Assembly (NCBI GenBank): GCA_021790335.1
Contig: JAJYEE010000012.1
Span: 299 to 64,298 of the forward strand
Direction of reading: 5' to 3'
DNA from: Pseudomonadota bacterium
GTDB taxonomy: Bacteria > Pseudomonadota > Gammaproteobacteria > Acidiferrobacterales > UBA6901
Length of the DNA stretch: 64,000 bases
A model generated the notes under the pieces. The model made no database searches, was not told where the DNA came from, and saw only the letters and a program-made list of their open reading frames with translations. The translations under genes and the position numbers were made by a program. Shown here one piece after another: positions 1-9,052 of this stretch (the first letter of the stretch is position 1; each line of letters begins with the position of its first letter).

Positions 1-308
1 TTCAGTCACCGATAACCGTTTTAAGGAATCAATGAACATCTCTCGATACGCAACGAAGTGAATCGCTTTCGGCATCCAGGCCGGTCCGCCCATTCATCGC
101 ATGTGGCTGGGAATCGCTGGCATCCTTGAAGATTATCGCTCCAGGAAAGTAAGTGCTTGCTCTCGGCATGTCCCAAAGACGAGAATCGTTTTTGCGTTGA
201 CGTGCGCAATTTTGCCAAGGGCTGGCCGGATAAGATTGACAAGAGGGTCGGTTCGGAGTAGGTCTTTTGCGTTGATTCCAGCATCCATCGTGGAACGAGG
301 AGGGCGTC

Positions 309-530
309 ATGCGGATTGAAACCACCGACCCGATCACGGGCAATACGATCAAGGATCCGGAGGGACATCCCTTTGTTATCGAAGGTGCCGGCGACGGGGC
401 ATTGAAGATCTACTTCGAATCGGAAGAAAGCCGGCGGGCATATCTCGATATCGAGGTCGAACATCCCGGGAAGGATTTCAAGACAAATCTTGATAATCCC
501 GTCGCTATGGGAGGCGACGCGCGCAGATAA
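309..530 (+). CDS. small hypothetical protein (73 aa)
   Basis: ATG preceded by GGAGG 6 nt upstream (acgaGGAGGgcgtcATG). Acidic, natural-looking sequence. GC hairpin follows at 571-594. No family recognised. Confidence 0.5.
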   Translation: MRIETTDPITGNTIKDPEGHPFVIEGAGDGALKIYFESEESRRAYLDIEVEHPGKDFKTNLDNPVAMGGDARR

Positions 531-570
531 TCCACAGAGCGCTCCGCCGGACATGCTTCCAGCCAGATGA

Positions 571-594
571 CCCTCCCGCCTTGCGGCGGGAGGG
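571..594. terminator. GC-rich hairpin between convergent small ORF and tusA (no U-tract)
   Basis: ccctcccgcc-ttgc-ggcgggaggg, a perfect 10-bp stem. No T-run on either side, so terminator function is uncertain. Confidence 0.35.
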
Positions 595-608
595 AGGGAA
601 GGTTATGA

Positions 609-839
609 CTATTGGCGTCCCTTGGCGATCACGAAAGTATAGCGTTGCGCATCCTGGCGGCTTTCGATCAGGGTATTTCCGGTCTGGTTGGTCCATGCCT
701 GCACATCTTTGATTGCGCCCGGATCGGTAGCAATCAATTCAATGCGGTCACCGGTTTTCACCGAGCCGATTGCCTTCGAAAGCCGGAGTATCGGGAGCGG
801 ACAATTCAAACCGCTACAGTCAAGACTCGTAGTGTTCAT
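609..839 (-). CDS. tusA: TusA/SirA-family sulfurtransferase (76 aa)
   Basis: Internal Met of ORF 609..1247. MNTTSLDCSGLNCPLPIL carries the CPxP active-site motif. AAGGAGAAAAGCT lies before the ATG at 839. Size is typical of TusA. Confidence 0.8.
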   Translation of the reverse strand: MNTTSLDCSGLNCPLPILRLSKAIGSVKTGDRIELIATDPGAIKDVQAWTNQTGNTLIESRQDAQRYTFVIAKGRQ

Positions 840-1194
840 AGCTTTTCTCCTTGGCCGATTGTGTTGACGATATGGAAGGCAAGTGACGCCGCCTTTACCT
901 GGCGCCACCGTCCACCGCATGCCGATGGCGGTCGAGCGGCGCCTGGTTCTTGATGTAAGCGTGACGATGTGCCAGCTGTCGGCGATCGGAAGGCTGCGCC
1001 AGATCCGATCGGCGCGGCTGCCGGATGTTCCAGTGGAGGAATCGCAGATGGGCGCATCGCCGGTTTGCAGCCTGGTTGTTGTCCGCTGTTGGCATGCAGC
1101 GGTCGAAGCTGGATAGCATCCGGCCAGAACATTCCGAAGAACGGAAACCGTTCTCGGATTTTCCTGTCGCCGGCCAGCCTTGTCTGCCCTGGAT

Positions 1195-1833
1195 TCAATT
1201 CCGCCCTCCTCCGGGTGCAGCGATACCGCGTAGAAAGGTTGCAACATGCACGGCTGCGGCAGTGCGGGGGGGGTCTAGGCGGTAGCGCTGGTCGCGCGCG
1301 ACCGTACGCATCACGCTCAGACCCAGGAGTCCGGAAAAAAACTCGCGTGCATAGGCTCCGGCGTCCCCTGACTTGAATTTGCCCGAACGCTGCCCTTCGG
1401 CGACCTCATAGGCGACGTAATCAATGATGCGCTGGAAATGCTCCTCGATCAGACCCGCGGCGCCGTCGTCCTGCTCCAGAGCCGCGTAGAGGATCAGACG
1501 CAACCATGCCGGTTCGGTGTCCGTCTGTTCCAGCAGCCAGGCCGAAAGGCGCTGCAGAACGTCCTCAACATCGTATTCCGGTGTGTAGTAAAGAAGCTGC
1601 TCGACTTCGGTGAAGTGTCTGCGTGCACACAGCTCGTCGAGAATTGCGTCGTATAGGTCCCGTTTCGTCGGGAAATGCTGAAATACCAAGGCATCGCTCG
1701 TTCCTACGCGTTCGGCGATGTCCTTGACACGTGTTGCGCGGAAGCCCTGCTGTGCGAAAAGCTCGATCGCCTTGTGCACAATCAGGCTGCGGCGCTCGAC
1801 CGCGGAAAGTTTCTGACGTCTATACTTAGTCAT
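1195..1833 (-). CDS. TetR/AcrR-family transcriptional regulator
   Basis: N-terminal HTH region RRSLIVHKAIELFAQQGFRATRVKDIAERVGTSDALVFQHFPTKRDLY. The first ATG is at 1833; the ORF-track start at 1869 is a TTG. Confidence 0.8.
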   Translation of the reverse strand: MTKYRRQKLSAVERRSLIVHKAIELFAQQGFRATRVKDIAERVGTSDALVFQHFPTKRDLYDAILDELCARRHFTEVEQLLYYTPEYDVEDVLQRLSAWLLEQTDTEPAWLRLILYAALEQDDGAAGLIEEHFQRIIDYVAYEVAEGQRSGKFKSGDAGAYAREFFSGLLGLSVMRTVARDQRYRLDPPRTAAAVHVATFLRGIAAPGGGRN

Positions 1834-1840
1834 AACTAAC

Positions 1841-1869
1841 TTTGTAACAACTAAGTTGCTATCTGTCAA
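1841..1869 (-). promoter_or_regulatory. candidate sigma-70 promoter giving a leaderless tetR mRNA
   Basis: On the minus strand: TTGACA (1869-1864), 17-nt spacer, TACAAA (1846-1841), then 7 nt to the ATG at 1833. No Shine-Dalgarno sequence is present. Confidence 0.35.
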
Positions 1870-2445
1870 GGTCCGATGGCGATTTCAATGTGAACGGCGT
1901 CCAGACGAGGCAGGAAGTAGTCGGTTTCTCGAAAGGGTGGCCTTCTTCAGTATTTCCAGCCAGAGCAATTGCAAATCTCTTCCCGTATTCAAGGGCCCAG
2001 GGGCTGTTTACGGCAATGGTTTGCCACCGCGACCGGCGCCGGCCAATTCCTGACATCCGGTGAAGCCTCCGTGCAGCATGCCAGTGCCCATTTGAGTGAG
2101 GCAGTGACGTCACAAGAGGCCTCCTGTCTTCAAAAGGCCGCGGGGACCTCCTGGTTGACCCTGATCATCCTGCAAGGCCCGCGTAGCAAGCCTTGCCGGT
2201 TTCCAAAGGCTCGACTTTCACCGCAGAGGGACAAAAAAATCACACAACACAATCAGGGATCACCGCACCGCCGGACGGTGGTGTGCCGAGACGCGCACAG
2301 GAGCCATTTCCGGCGCCCCCTTGGATTCCCCTGAGGCGTGGGCCGGAAGCAGAGGCTGCCTCACAAGCCAGTCTGTGGCATACTATTAGACAGATAGAAC
2401 GTACTTTGTAGCGTCAAAGTCAGCAGTCCATGGTCCAGGCGGCCT

Positions 2446-3213
2446 ATGCAAAAAGACCCAGCGATACCGCAATTTGATCTCCCTAGACTCCGGATTGCCT
2501 GTCGGGAATGCACGCTCTTCCAGTTGTGCCTGCCTCTTGGGGTATCTGAAGCGGACCTTGATCTTCTCGAAAATATCATCAAGCGCCGCCGCCCGGTGCA
2601 ACGCGGCGAATATCTTTTTCAGATGGGCGAACCGTTCGAATCCATCTTTGCAGTGCGGTCCGGTTCCGTAAAGACCTATACCCTGACCGAAGATGGGCGC
2701 GAACAGGTTACCGGTTTCCATTTGCCGGGAGAGCTGGTCGGGCTCGACGCGATTGGCGGCGGCCGACATGCCTGCACCGCTAAGGCACTGGAAACGACAA
2801 GTGTGTGCGAGCTTCCTTACAATCAGCTCGAAGAACTGTGGTCGCGGATTCCAAGCCTGCCGCGCCAGCTGGTGCGTATCATGAGCAAGGAGGTCCTGCA
2901 CGATCAGACCCTCATGACGCTGCTCGGCAAGAAATCCGCTGAAGAGCGCCTGGCCTCCTACCTGCTGAGTCTGTCAACCCGGCTGGGCCAACGGGGATTT
3001 TCCTCGCACGAGTTCAATCTGAGCATGTCTCGGAACGACATCGGCAACTATCTGGGGCTGGCGGTAGAAACGGTGAGCCGCGTGTTCACGCGCTTCCAGG
3101 ACGAGAAGGTCCTCACCGTGCAGCGCCGGAACGTGCGGATCCACGACCTGACGGCGCTCAGACGCATCTCCAGCTACTCGAATATTCCGCGCGCCTGTCC
3201 ATCTGCGAACTGA
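2446..3213 (+). CDS. fnr: FNR/ANR-type oxygen-sensing Crp-family regulator
   Basis: Alignable by eye to E. coli FNR along its whole length. N-terminal Cys cluster is CRECTLFQLC, plus the VCELP Cys. C-terminal HTH is RNDIGNYLGLAVETVSRVF. Confidence 0.9.
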   Translation: MQKDPAIPQFDLPRLRIACRECTLFQLCLPLGVSEADLDLLENIIKRRRPVQRGEYLFQMGEPFESIFAVRSGSVKTYTLTEDGREQVTGFHLPGELVGLDAIGGGRHACTAKALETTSVCELPYNQLEELWSRIPSLPRQLVRIMSKEVLHDQTLMTLLGKKSAEERLASYLLSLSTRLGQRGFSSHEFNLSMSRNDIGNYLGLAVETVSRVFTRFQDEKVLTVQRRNVRIHDLTALRRISSYSNIPRACPSAN

Positions 3214-3418
3214 CCAGCCCGCTTCCGCGGGCCGGGTGCTCGGCTTTTGTGGAGGTGGCGCAGGGTTTTTATATACCCCGCAGTCCATTTACCGGCATCC
3301 GTATCAGGTTTTGGGCAACCCGCCAGTCGCCCCTTGAGTTCAATCCAGGCTTGGTCCGGCGGTATAGGCCTGCTGGCCGGCCGACGCCCTCGGCGGGCCT
3401 GCACGCGTAGCCGGACCA

Positions 3419-4315
3419 CTACTTCCCAGGGGAACTCGGTGGCAATCCGGATTCTGTTTCCCGGTGCGGTTCCTGCCGCTGTTGTTCAGTGCGCATGCGC
3501 CTGCGCTCGGCGCGCTTCTCCAGAGCGTCTGGCCTGACGGGAATCGTATTCTCCCCGAACAGCGCCTGCTTCAGAAAGCGGAATCCGAATTTCATCAGTT
3601 CGACTTCGTCGGCCATCAGGGTGTCCATCAGGTCCTGACTAACCTCGTAGACCGTTTCGAAGCTCGGGCTGATGATAAACTCGCGAAAACTGTCGAGATC
3701 GTAGCTGCACATGAAAAACAGCTGAAAGCTGCGGTCGGAAGGCTTCCCGATCGTCGGTCCGCAGGAGCGTTTTTTGAGGATGATCTGCCGCCAGTCGCGG
3801 TTCATCTCGTCATACATATCGACGCCTTGTTCGGTGCGATAGGCCCGTATGGTCTGTCGCTTGGGTTCGAGGTGTCCCAGGCAATGATCCTCTCTGACAA
3901 CAAAGTAATGATCCTCATCGTTCGGAGAGTCCTTGGCGCGCATGGACATCATGCCCAGAGCGTAATAGCGACAGGCGGTTGGACGGTCTCCGTAGACGCT
4001 GCAACCTTCCTCGGTGACAAACTGGCATGCCGTAGTTTCATCGCGGGTTTTGAGTTTCAAACCGGGCATCCCGTGCCCGTCCAATTCAAACGGAACGGTG
4101 TATTGGTGCAGAAACTCGAATGACTTGAGACCCAGATGATTCTTCAGGCGCAGCACATCGTAGGGCGTGAGTGTGATGTCGATGCTCTGGCAGCACTTGT
4201 TGAAACAGGAGATACCCTTGTGGCAGCTAAATTCGAATGTGTCATCGAGTTCGAGCCTGACCGGGGTTACAGGGCTCTTGGGCAGAAGGTCGGAAAAATC
4301 GAATTTGTCTTGCAT
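3419..4315 (-). CDS. YkgJ-family (CxxCxxCC-type) zinc/iron-chelating cysteine-cluster protein, 298 aa
   Basis: Motifs FSCHKGISCFNKCCQS and ACQFVTEEGCSVYGDRPTACRYY are typical of the UPF0153/YkgJ family. There is a long C-terminal extension. Confidence 0.75.
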   Translation of the reverse strand: MQDKFDFSDLLPKSPVTPVRLELDDTFEFSCHKGISCFNKCCQSIDITLTPYDVLRLKNHLGLKSFEFLHQYTVPFELDGHGMPGLKLKTRDETTACQFVTEEGCSVYGDRPTACRYYALGMMSMRAKDSPNDEDHYFVVREDHCLGHLEPKRQTIRAYRTEQGVDMYDEMNRDWRQIILKKRSCGPTIGKPSDRSFQLFFMCSYDLDSFREFIISPSFETVYEVSQDLMDTLMADEVELMKFGFRFLKQALFGENTIPVRPDALEKRAERRRMRTEQQRQEPHRETESGLPPSSPGK

Positions 4316-4421
4316 GACGAAACCTCAGTTGGGCCTCATTGGCCTGCGAACAGCTTGACTTCGCACCCCGGCGGGCGTGGCGCGCCCGGAGATGGAAAGG
4401 CAAAACGTCCAGCTTAACTCG

Positions 4422-4458
4422 GGGAAAAAAAGGGTCCGGGCATCGCTGCCCGGACCCC
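4422..4458 (-). terminator. rho-independent terminator of aprA
   Basis: On the minus strand: GGGTCCGGGCA-gcga-TGCCCGGACCC followed by TTTTTTTCCCC, about 30 nt after the aprA stop. Confidence 0.8.
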
Positions 4459-4486
4459 CTTTGTGCCGCTCTAACTACCCGAAGTC

Positions 4487-6409
4487 TCAGTGACCAGCGG
4501 TAGGCTTCGACACGAGATCCACATGCGGCTTCTTGAAGACCGTCCACTTCTTGGTCTTCCGGTCGTAGGTGGAGTTCACGAAGCACTTCCAGTTCTTCTC
4601 ATCGATGAAGTTGTAGTCCATGCGATAGTAGAACCCCGGATAGCGCGACTCCTCGCGGAACTGGATATGCTTCATGTGCGCTTCGGCGGTAAGAACACGG
4701 TGGTAGTTCTCCCATGCACGCAGCAGCTCGTGCAAGTCCTTGGCGCGCATCTTGAGAGCGTCTTCCTTCAGCATCTCAAGCTTGTCCTCGCACACGCTGA
4801 GCATCTTGGCATTGGTCTGGTACCAGGTCGCCACACCAGCGCAATACTCGTCCATGATCTTCTGCAGGCGGAACTGCAGCATCTTGGGCGTGATGTAATG
4901 CGGGTTGATGTCGATAGCGGTGGTATAGTCCTTGTGCTGCAGATAGGTGCGTACCGGGCGGTAGATGTCCTCTACAAGCTCGTTGACCGGGGTATCGAGC
5001 TCCGGCTTCCAGCTCTTGTTGTCGAGCGCGAACTTGATCATACCCTTGGCCGCGATACGTCCCTCCGCGTGCGAGCCGGAGGAGAACTTGTGACCGGAGG
5101 CGCCTACGCCGTCGCCGGCGGTGAACAGGCCCTTGACGGTCGTCATGGAGCGGTAGCCCCAGCTCCACTCCTTCGGTGCTCCCAGGTCTTCCGGACCGGA
5201 AACCCAGATTCCACAGCAGCCGGAGTGGGATCCCAGCAGGTACGGTTCGGTAGGCATGAGCTCCGAGGGCTTTTTCTCGGGTTCGATGTTTTCGCCGGCC
5301 CATACGCCAGCCTGGCCGATGCACATGTCGAGGAAATCTTCCCAGGCCTCGGCCTCGAGATGCTTGATCTCCTTCGGAGTCATGGTCTCGGCGAGCTTGG
5401 CAAGCGCGGTCGGGGTATCCATGTAAATCGGACCGCGACCTTCCTTCATCTCGTGCATCATCAGGTGGTTGCGCAGGCAGGATGCCGGCACTGCGGCCAA
5501 GCCGTAGGGCGGATACTGCTTGAGCATCTCCTTGTTCTTGTCCATGTAGACTTCACCGAAGGCGTTGACGGCCTTGGCTTTGAACAGAAGGAACCAGGCG
5601 CCCACTGGACCGTAACCGTCCTTGAAACGAGCGGGTACGAAGCGATTTTCCATCATGGTGAGTTCCGCACCGGCTTCGGCGGCCATTGCATAGGTCGAGC
5701 CGGCGTTCCACACCGGGTACCAGGCGCGGCCCGTGCCTTCGCCCACGGAGCGCGGACGGAAGATGTTCACGGCGCCACCGGCGGCGAGCAGGCAGGCCTT
5801 GAACTTGTACACATACACCTTATGCTCGCGTACGGAGAATCCCACGGCGCCGGAGACGCGCTTCGGATCGTTCTTGTCGTTGACCAGCTTCACGATGAAG
5901 ACACGTTCCTGGATGTTGTCCATCCCCAGGGCCTTCTTCGCTGCCTCGGCGACGATCACTTTGTAGGACTCGCCATTGATCATGATCTGCCACTTGCCGG
6001 AGCGCACGGGCTTGCCGCCGTCCTTGAGGGACTTGCCTTCGTCGCCGGGCTGTTTCCAGATCGGCAGGCCCCATTCCTCGAACAGGTGCACGGAGTCGTC
6101 GACATGGCGGCCCACATCGTACGCCAGATCGTCACGGGTGATGCCCATGAGGTCGTTGGCGACCATGCGTGCGTAGTCGGCCGGGTCCTGGCCGCCCATG
6201 TAGGTGTTGATCGCCGACAGGCCCTGAGCCACGGCGCCCGAACGGTCCATGGCGGCCTTGTCGACCAGCTTGACTTTGAGGCCGGTGCCTTCAACCCAAC
6301 GCATCATCTCAAAGGCGCAGCCGCACGCGGCCATGCCGCCACCGATAATGAGGATATCGACCTCTTCCTCGACTACCTGCGGATTTCCAAAAGTTGCTTC
6401 TGTAGCCAT
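4487..6409 (-). CDS. aprA: adenylylsulfate (APS) reductase alpha subunit
   Basis: FAD-binding N-terminus DILIIGGGMAACGCA and full-length AprA-like sequence. Start moved to the ATG at 6409 because GGAAGGTGGA sits just upstream. Confidence 0.95.
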   Translation of the reverse strand: MATEATFGNPQVVEEEVDILIIGGGMAACGCAFEMMRWVEGTGLKVKLVDKAAMDRSGAVAQGLSAINTYMGGQDPADYARMVANDLMGITRDDLAYDVGRHVDDSVHLFEEWGLPIWKQPGDEGKSLKDGGKPVRSGKWQIMINGESYKVIVAEAAKKALGMDNIQERVFIVKLVNDKNDPKRVSGAVGFSVREHKVYVYKFKACLLAAGGAVNIFRPRSVGEGTGRAWYPVWNAGSTYAMAAEAGAELTMMENRFVPARFKDGYGPVGAWFLLFKAKAVNAFGEVYMDKNKEMLKQYPPYGLAAVPASCLRNHLMMHEMKEGRGPIYMDTPTALAKLAETMTPKEIKHLEAEAWEDFLDMCIGQAGVWAGENIEPEKKPSELMPTEPYLLGSHSGCCGIWVSGPEDLGAPKEWSWGYRSMTTVKGLFTAGDGVGASGHKFSSGSHAEGRIAAKGMIKFALDNKSWKPELDTPVNELVEDIYRPVRTYLQHKDYTTAIDINPHYITPKMLQFRLQKIMDEYCAGVATWYQTNAKMLSVCEDKLEMLKEDALKMRAKDLHELLRAWENYHRVLTAEAHMKHIQFREESRYPGFYYRMDYNFIDEKNWKCFVNSTYDRKTKKWTVFKKPHVDLVSKPTAGH

Positions 6410-6486
6410 ATTTCCACCTTCCAATTTTTTCGTGCCTCGGCAGGGACAACTACGGCCCCTCTCAGCCGGTCACGGGTTGAAAAACT

Positions 6487-6954
6487 TTACTTGGCGAGCA
6501 GCAGCTGGCTGCGGTCACACTTGTACGGAGCCCCTTCGGTGAACAGGACCGGACTGCCGACATCCTTGATTTCCGGCTTGGGCTTGTTTGCGTACGGGTT
6601 GATCGAACCCTCGGCAGTGGTGCGGATCGGAAACTTGAAACGCTTCATGTTGCCGTTGCGGAATTTGATCGTCCACATGATCGAATCCGTACCGCGCAAC
6701 GGCTGTACCGAACCACCAAGCGGGACGACATCGGCATAATGACGTGCCTCGATGGCGTTCTGGGGGCAGATCTTGACGCAGGAATAGCATTCCCAGCACT
6801 GCTCGGGCTCCTGGTTGAAAGCCTTCATGGCATGGCCGGTCATGGAACCGTCCTTGTCCAGCAGCATCAGGTCATGCGGGCAGATGTACATGCAAGCGGT
6901 CTTGTCCTGACCCTTGCAGCCATCACACTTGTCGGTACGTACGAATGTTGGCAT
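6487..6954 (-). CDS. aprB: adenylylsulfate reductase beta subunit (2x[4Fe-4S])
   Basis: CDGCKGQDKTACMYICP and CWECYSCVKICP ferredoxin motifs plus the AprB C-terminal tail. Lies immediately upstream of aprA. Confidence 0.95.
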   Translation of the reverse strand: MPTFVRTDKCDGCKGQDKTACMYICPHDLMLLDKDGSMTGHAMKAFNQEPEQCWECYSCVKICPQNAIEARHYADVVPLGGSVQPLRGTDSIMWTIKFRNGNMKRFKFPIRTTAEGSINPYANKPKPEIKDVGSPVLFTEGAPYKCDRSQLLLAK

Positions 6955-7055
6955 GGTTACTCTCCATCTTAGGTTGAACTTATAAATACTGACCTGTATC
7001 TCTTCCGGGTTCGCGCCCCACGGGCAGCCCGCCTTCCAGGCTGGCGGGGTCCGGG

Positions 7056-8270
7056 CTACTTCGCCGAATGGCCGCTCAGTTTCACTTCTACGCGTTCGTG
7101 ATCCTGGAGGCCCGCGTAGTATTTGCGCAGGATTTCCAGCACTTCGGGACGGCTGAATTCGGCCGGAACGGCCGCGCCTTCCGAAAGTGCCTTGCGCAGC
7201 TTGGTACCAGACAGCAGCAGGCGGTCACCGGCTTCATGCGGGCAGGTGCGGGCGCTTGCCATACCGCCGCACTTGAAGCACCAGAAGGTCCAGTCGATCT
7301 TCAGAGGCTTGGTCTGCAGTGCGTCTTTCGGGATCTCATCGAAGATCTTATGGGCGTCGAATGGCCCGTAGTAATCGCCGACACCAGCGTGGTCGCGGCC
7401 GACTATCAGGTGCGAGCAGCCGTAGTTCTGCCGGAACAGCGCATGCAACAGCGCCTCACGCGGGCCGGCATAGCGCATGTCGAGCGGATAGCCGGACTGC
7501 ACCACCGTGTTCTTGACGAAGTACTTGTCAATCAGCGTGGAAATGGCATCGGAACGGACTTCCGCCGGGATGTCACCGGGTTTGAGCTTGCCCAGCAGAG
7601 AATGAATCAGTACGCCGTCGAGGGTTTCCACCGCGATTTTGGCAAGGTATTCGTGCGAGCGGTGCATGGGGTTGCGTGTCTGGAACGCCGCAACGGTCGA
7701 CCAGCCTTTTTCCTCGAACAGCTTGCGGGTCTGGGCAGGGGTCATGTAGTTCGAGTATTTCTTCGGGAACTCGCCCTCGGAAAGGACCTTGACCGGTCCC
7801 GCCAGGTTTACCTCGCCCTGCTCCATGACCATCTTGACGCCAGGGTGTTCTAGGTCGGTAGTCTTGTACACCATCATGCATTCATGGGCCTTGTCGATGG
7901 TGTATTTTTCTGCGACCTGCATCGTGGCCATCGTTTCGCCCGATTCCTTGTCGACGAGGGCGATTTCCGAGCCGGTCTTGATGCTGTCGGCCGTTACCTT
8001 GTCCGTAGACAGGGTAATCGGTATCGGCCAGAACAGGCCGTTGGCCATTTTCATGCCATCGCAGACGCCTTCCCAGTCGGCGCGGGTCATGAATCCATTG
8101 AGAGGAGTGAAGCCGCCGATGCCCATCATGATCAGGTCACCGGTTTCGCGGGAGGAAATCTTCACTTTCGGCAAAGATTTCGCGTGCTCCAGTCCGGCCT
8201 TGAGTGCGGCACCCTCAAGCAGCAGGGGCTTGAGGGTGTTGCTGCCGTGCGGTTTTACAAGTTTTGCCAT
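7056..8270 (-). CDS. sat: sulfate adenylyltransferase (ATP sulfurylase)
   Basis: [13 protein letters not shown] (HxxH) and GRDHAGVG motifs. 404 aa. Sits upstream of aprBA on the same strand. Confidence 0.95.
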   Translation of the reverse strand: MAKLVKPHGSNTLKPLLLEGAALKAGLEHAKSLPKVKISSRETGDLIMMGIGGFTPLNGFMTRADWEGVCDGMKMANGLFWPIPITLSTDKVTADSIKTGSEIALVDKESGETMATMQVAEKYTIDKAHECMMVYKTTDLEHPGVKMVMEQGEVNLAGPVKVLSEGEFPKKYSNYMTPAQTRKLFEEKGWSTVAAFQTRNPMHRSHEYLAKIAVETLDGVLIHSLLGKLKPGDIPAEVRSDAISTLIDKYFVKNTVVQSGYPLDMRYAGPREALLHALFRQNYGCSHLIVGRDHAGVGDYYGPFDAHKIFDEIPKDALQTKPLKIDWTFWCFKCGGMASARTCPHEAGDRLLLSGTKLRKALSEGAAVPAEFSRPEVLEILRKYYAGLQDHERVEVKLSGHSAK

Positions 8271-8617
8271 CTATTTATTTCCTCATTACGACGCCAGTTA
8301 CACGGATGAACTCACCGCCGTCCGCGAAAACAGGGAGAAATGCCCTCTGCCGGGATCCAACCGCACCCTGGCACTGAACCGAGACCGGAGGCGAAATAAC
8401 AGGCGACTCTAAAGCCTTAGGGGGTGCAAAACTAATTAGTATTACTGCGGTCGTCCATAAGACTCATTTATTTATAGCCAGTTTAAAATTAAGGCTACTT
8501 TCTGGCGGGTACTCAGGCCGCCTGACTTCCAAGGCTAAAGTCGGAATGTGGGGCAGTTTAGCGCATATTGCGCCCGTCTATACACACAAAAAATGCAATA
8601 GTTATCGGCCGGCGCTG

Positions 8618-9052
8618 AACGTTACATCCTGAAGCGCTCCGCGCGCTGGCTGTCACAGAGTGACCCCTGAAGGGCGGGGCTGGGCGGCACTCAAAATCGA
8701 CCGTTTGGGGTCACCCGATAAAGGCCAACCTCGGACAAGGAATTCGCTGACAGACCGCGTTCGTGTACGAAGTGATCTCCGCCTGCCAGGATGGCTCTGC
8801 AAGGTACCGAGGGCGCTGAATTCTCGGTGTTGGCAAGAGTCCTCCGGTAACGGGCTGGTGTCCGGTCTGCACGAAGTCAGCGGCGCCTGGGGGCCGCGAT
8901 CCTTCAGTGACTGCCGGCAGGAGATTGGGGCTCCGGGTTTGACGGAGCATCGGAGATCGAATTGGCCGCATGGCCTGTAGCTGGGCGGCAAATCTGGACG
9001 AACCGGAAAGGCCCCTGCCCCGGACCGGGGCAGGGGAGTAAAACGTTACATC
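8618..9052. other. about 420-bp GC-rich, ORF-poor structured block bounded by an 11-bp direct repeat
   Basis: AACGTTACATC occurs at 8618-8628 and 9042-9052. Competing inverted repeats inside: GTCAC 8652-8656, GTGACCCC 8660-8667, GGGGTCAC 8707-8714. Hairpin GCTCCG..CGGAGC at 8931-8949. Only Arg/Pro-rich junk ORFs are present. Confidence 0.4.
9010..9037 (-). terminator. hairpin terminator downstream of the DsrE-like gene
   Basis: CCCCTGCCCCGG / CCGGGGCAGGGG stem 25 nt after the stop at 9063. The U-tract is weak (CCTTTCC). Confidence 0.5.

Noticed and set aside
883-1119. Mirror-image ORFs (+ 883-1116 and - 895-1119) between tusA and the TetR gene, both with about 72% GC at codon positions 1 and 3.
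   Set aside because: The two frames are exact antisense partners, so the GC signal cannot discriminate between them. Neither has a credible RBS or start, and neither has a recognisable motif. Left uncalled; it would need BLAST or Ribo-seq.
1856-2420. FNR/CRP-type boxes near fnr and the sulfur genes: TTGCT-ATCT-GTCAA at 1856-1869, CTTTG-N6-CAAAG near 2405, and GTGAA-N3-TTCAC near 9648-9660.
   Set aside because: The first is better explained as the tetR -35 region. The other two have the wrong half-site spacing (TGA-N4/N5-TCA instead of TGA-N6-TCA) for FNR or CRP.
4490-6739. 749-aa ORF on the + strand, longer than aprA itself. Similar long antisense ORFs occur opposite pilT (24742-25803), pilJ (36434-38026), cbbL (58913-60457), ampG (16024-16863 and 16123-16902), tkt, pgk and fba.
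   Set aside because: They lie exactly antisense or out of frame to genes with unmistakable family motifs. Their composition is Arg/Gly/His/Val-rich, typical of shadow frames in GC-rich DNA. They have no RBS.
8927-8945. GGGGCTCCGGGTTTGACGG resembles the 5' end of tmRNA (GGGGCTGATTCTGGATTCGACGG). I considered a standard or two-piece ssrA.
   Set aside because: There is no T-arm (GGTTCGA-type), no complementary 3' acceptor strand with CCA, and no tag reading frame nearby on either strand. The match is better explained as a local hairpin, GCTCCG..CGGAGC.
8653-8991. ORFs of 112 aa (minus) and 106 aa (plus, 8660-8980) in the sat upstream gap.
   Set aside because: Their translations are Arg/Pro/Ser-rich and low in complexity. 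They have no RBS and no motif. The region is better described as non-coding structured DNA.
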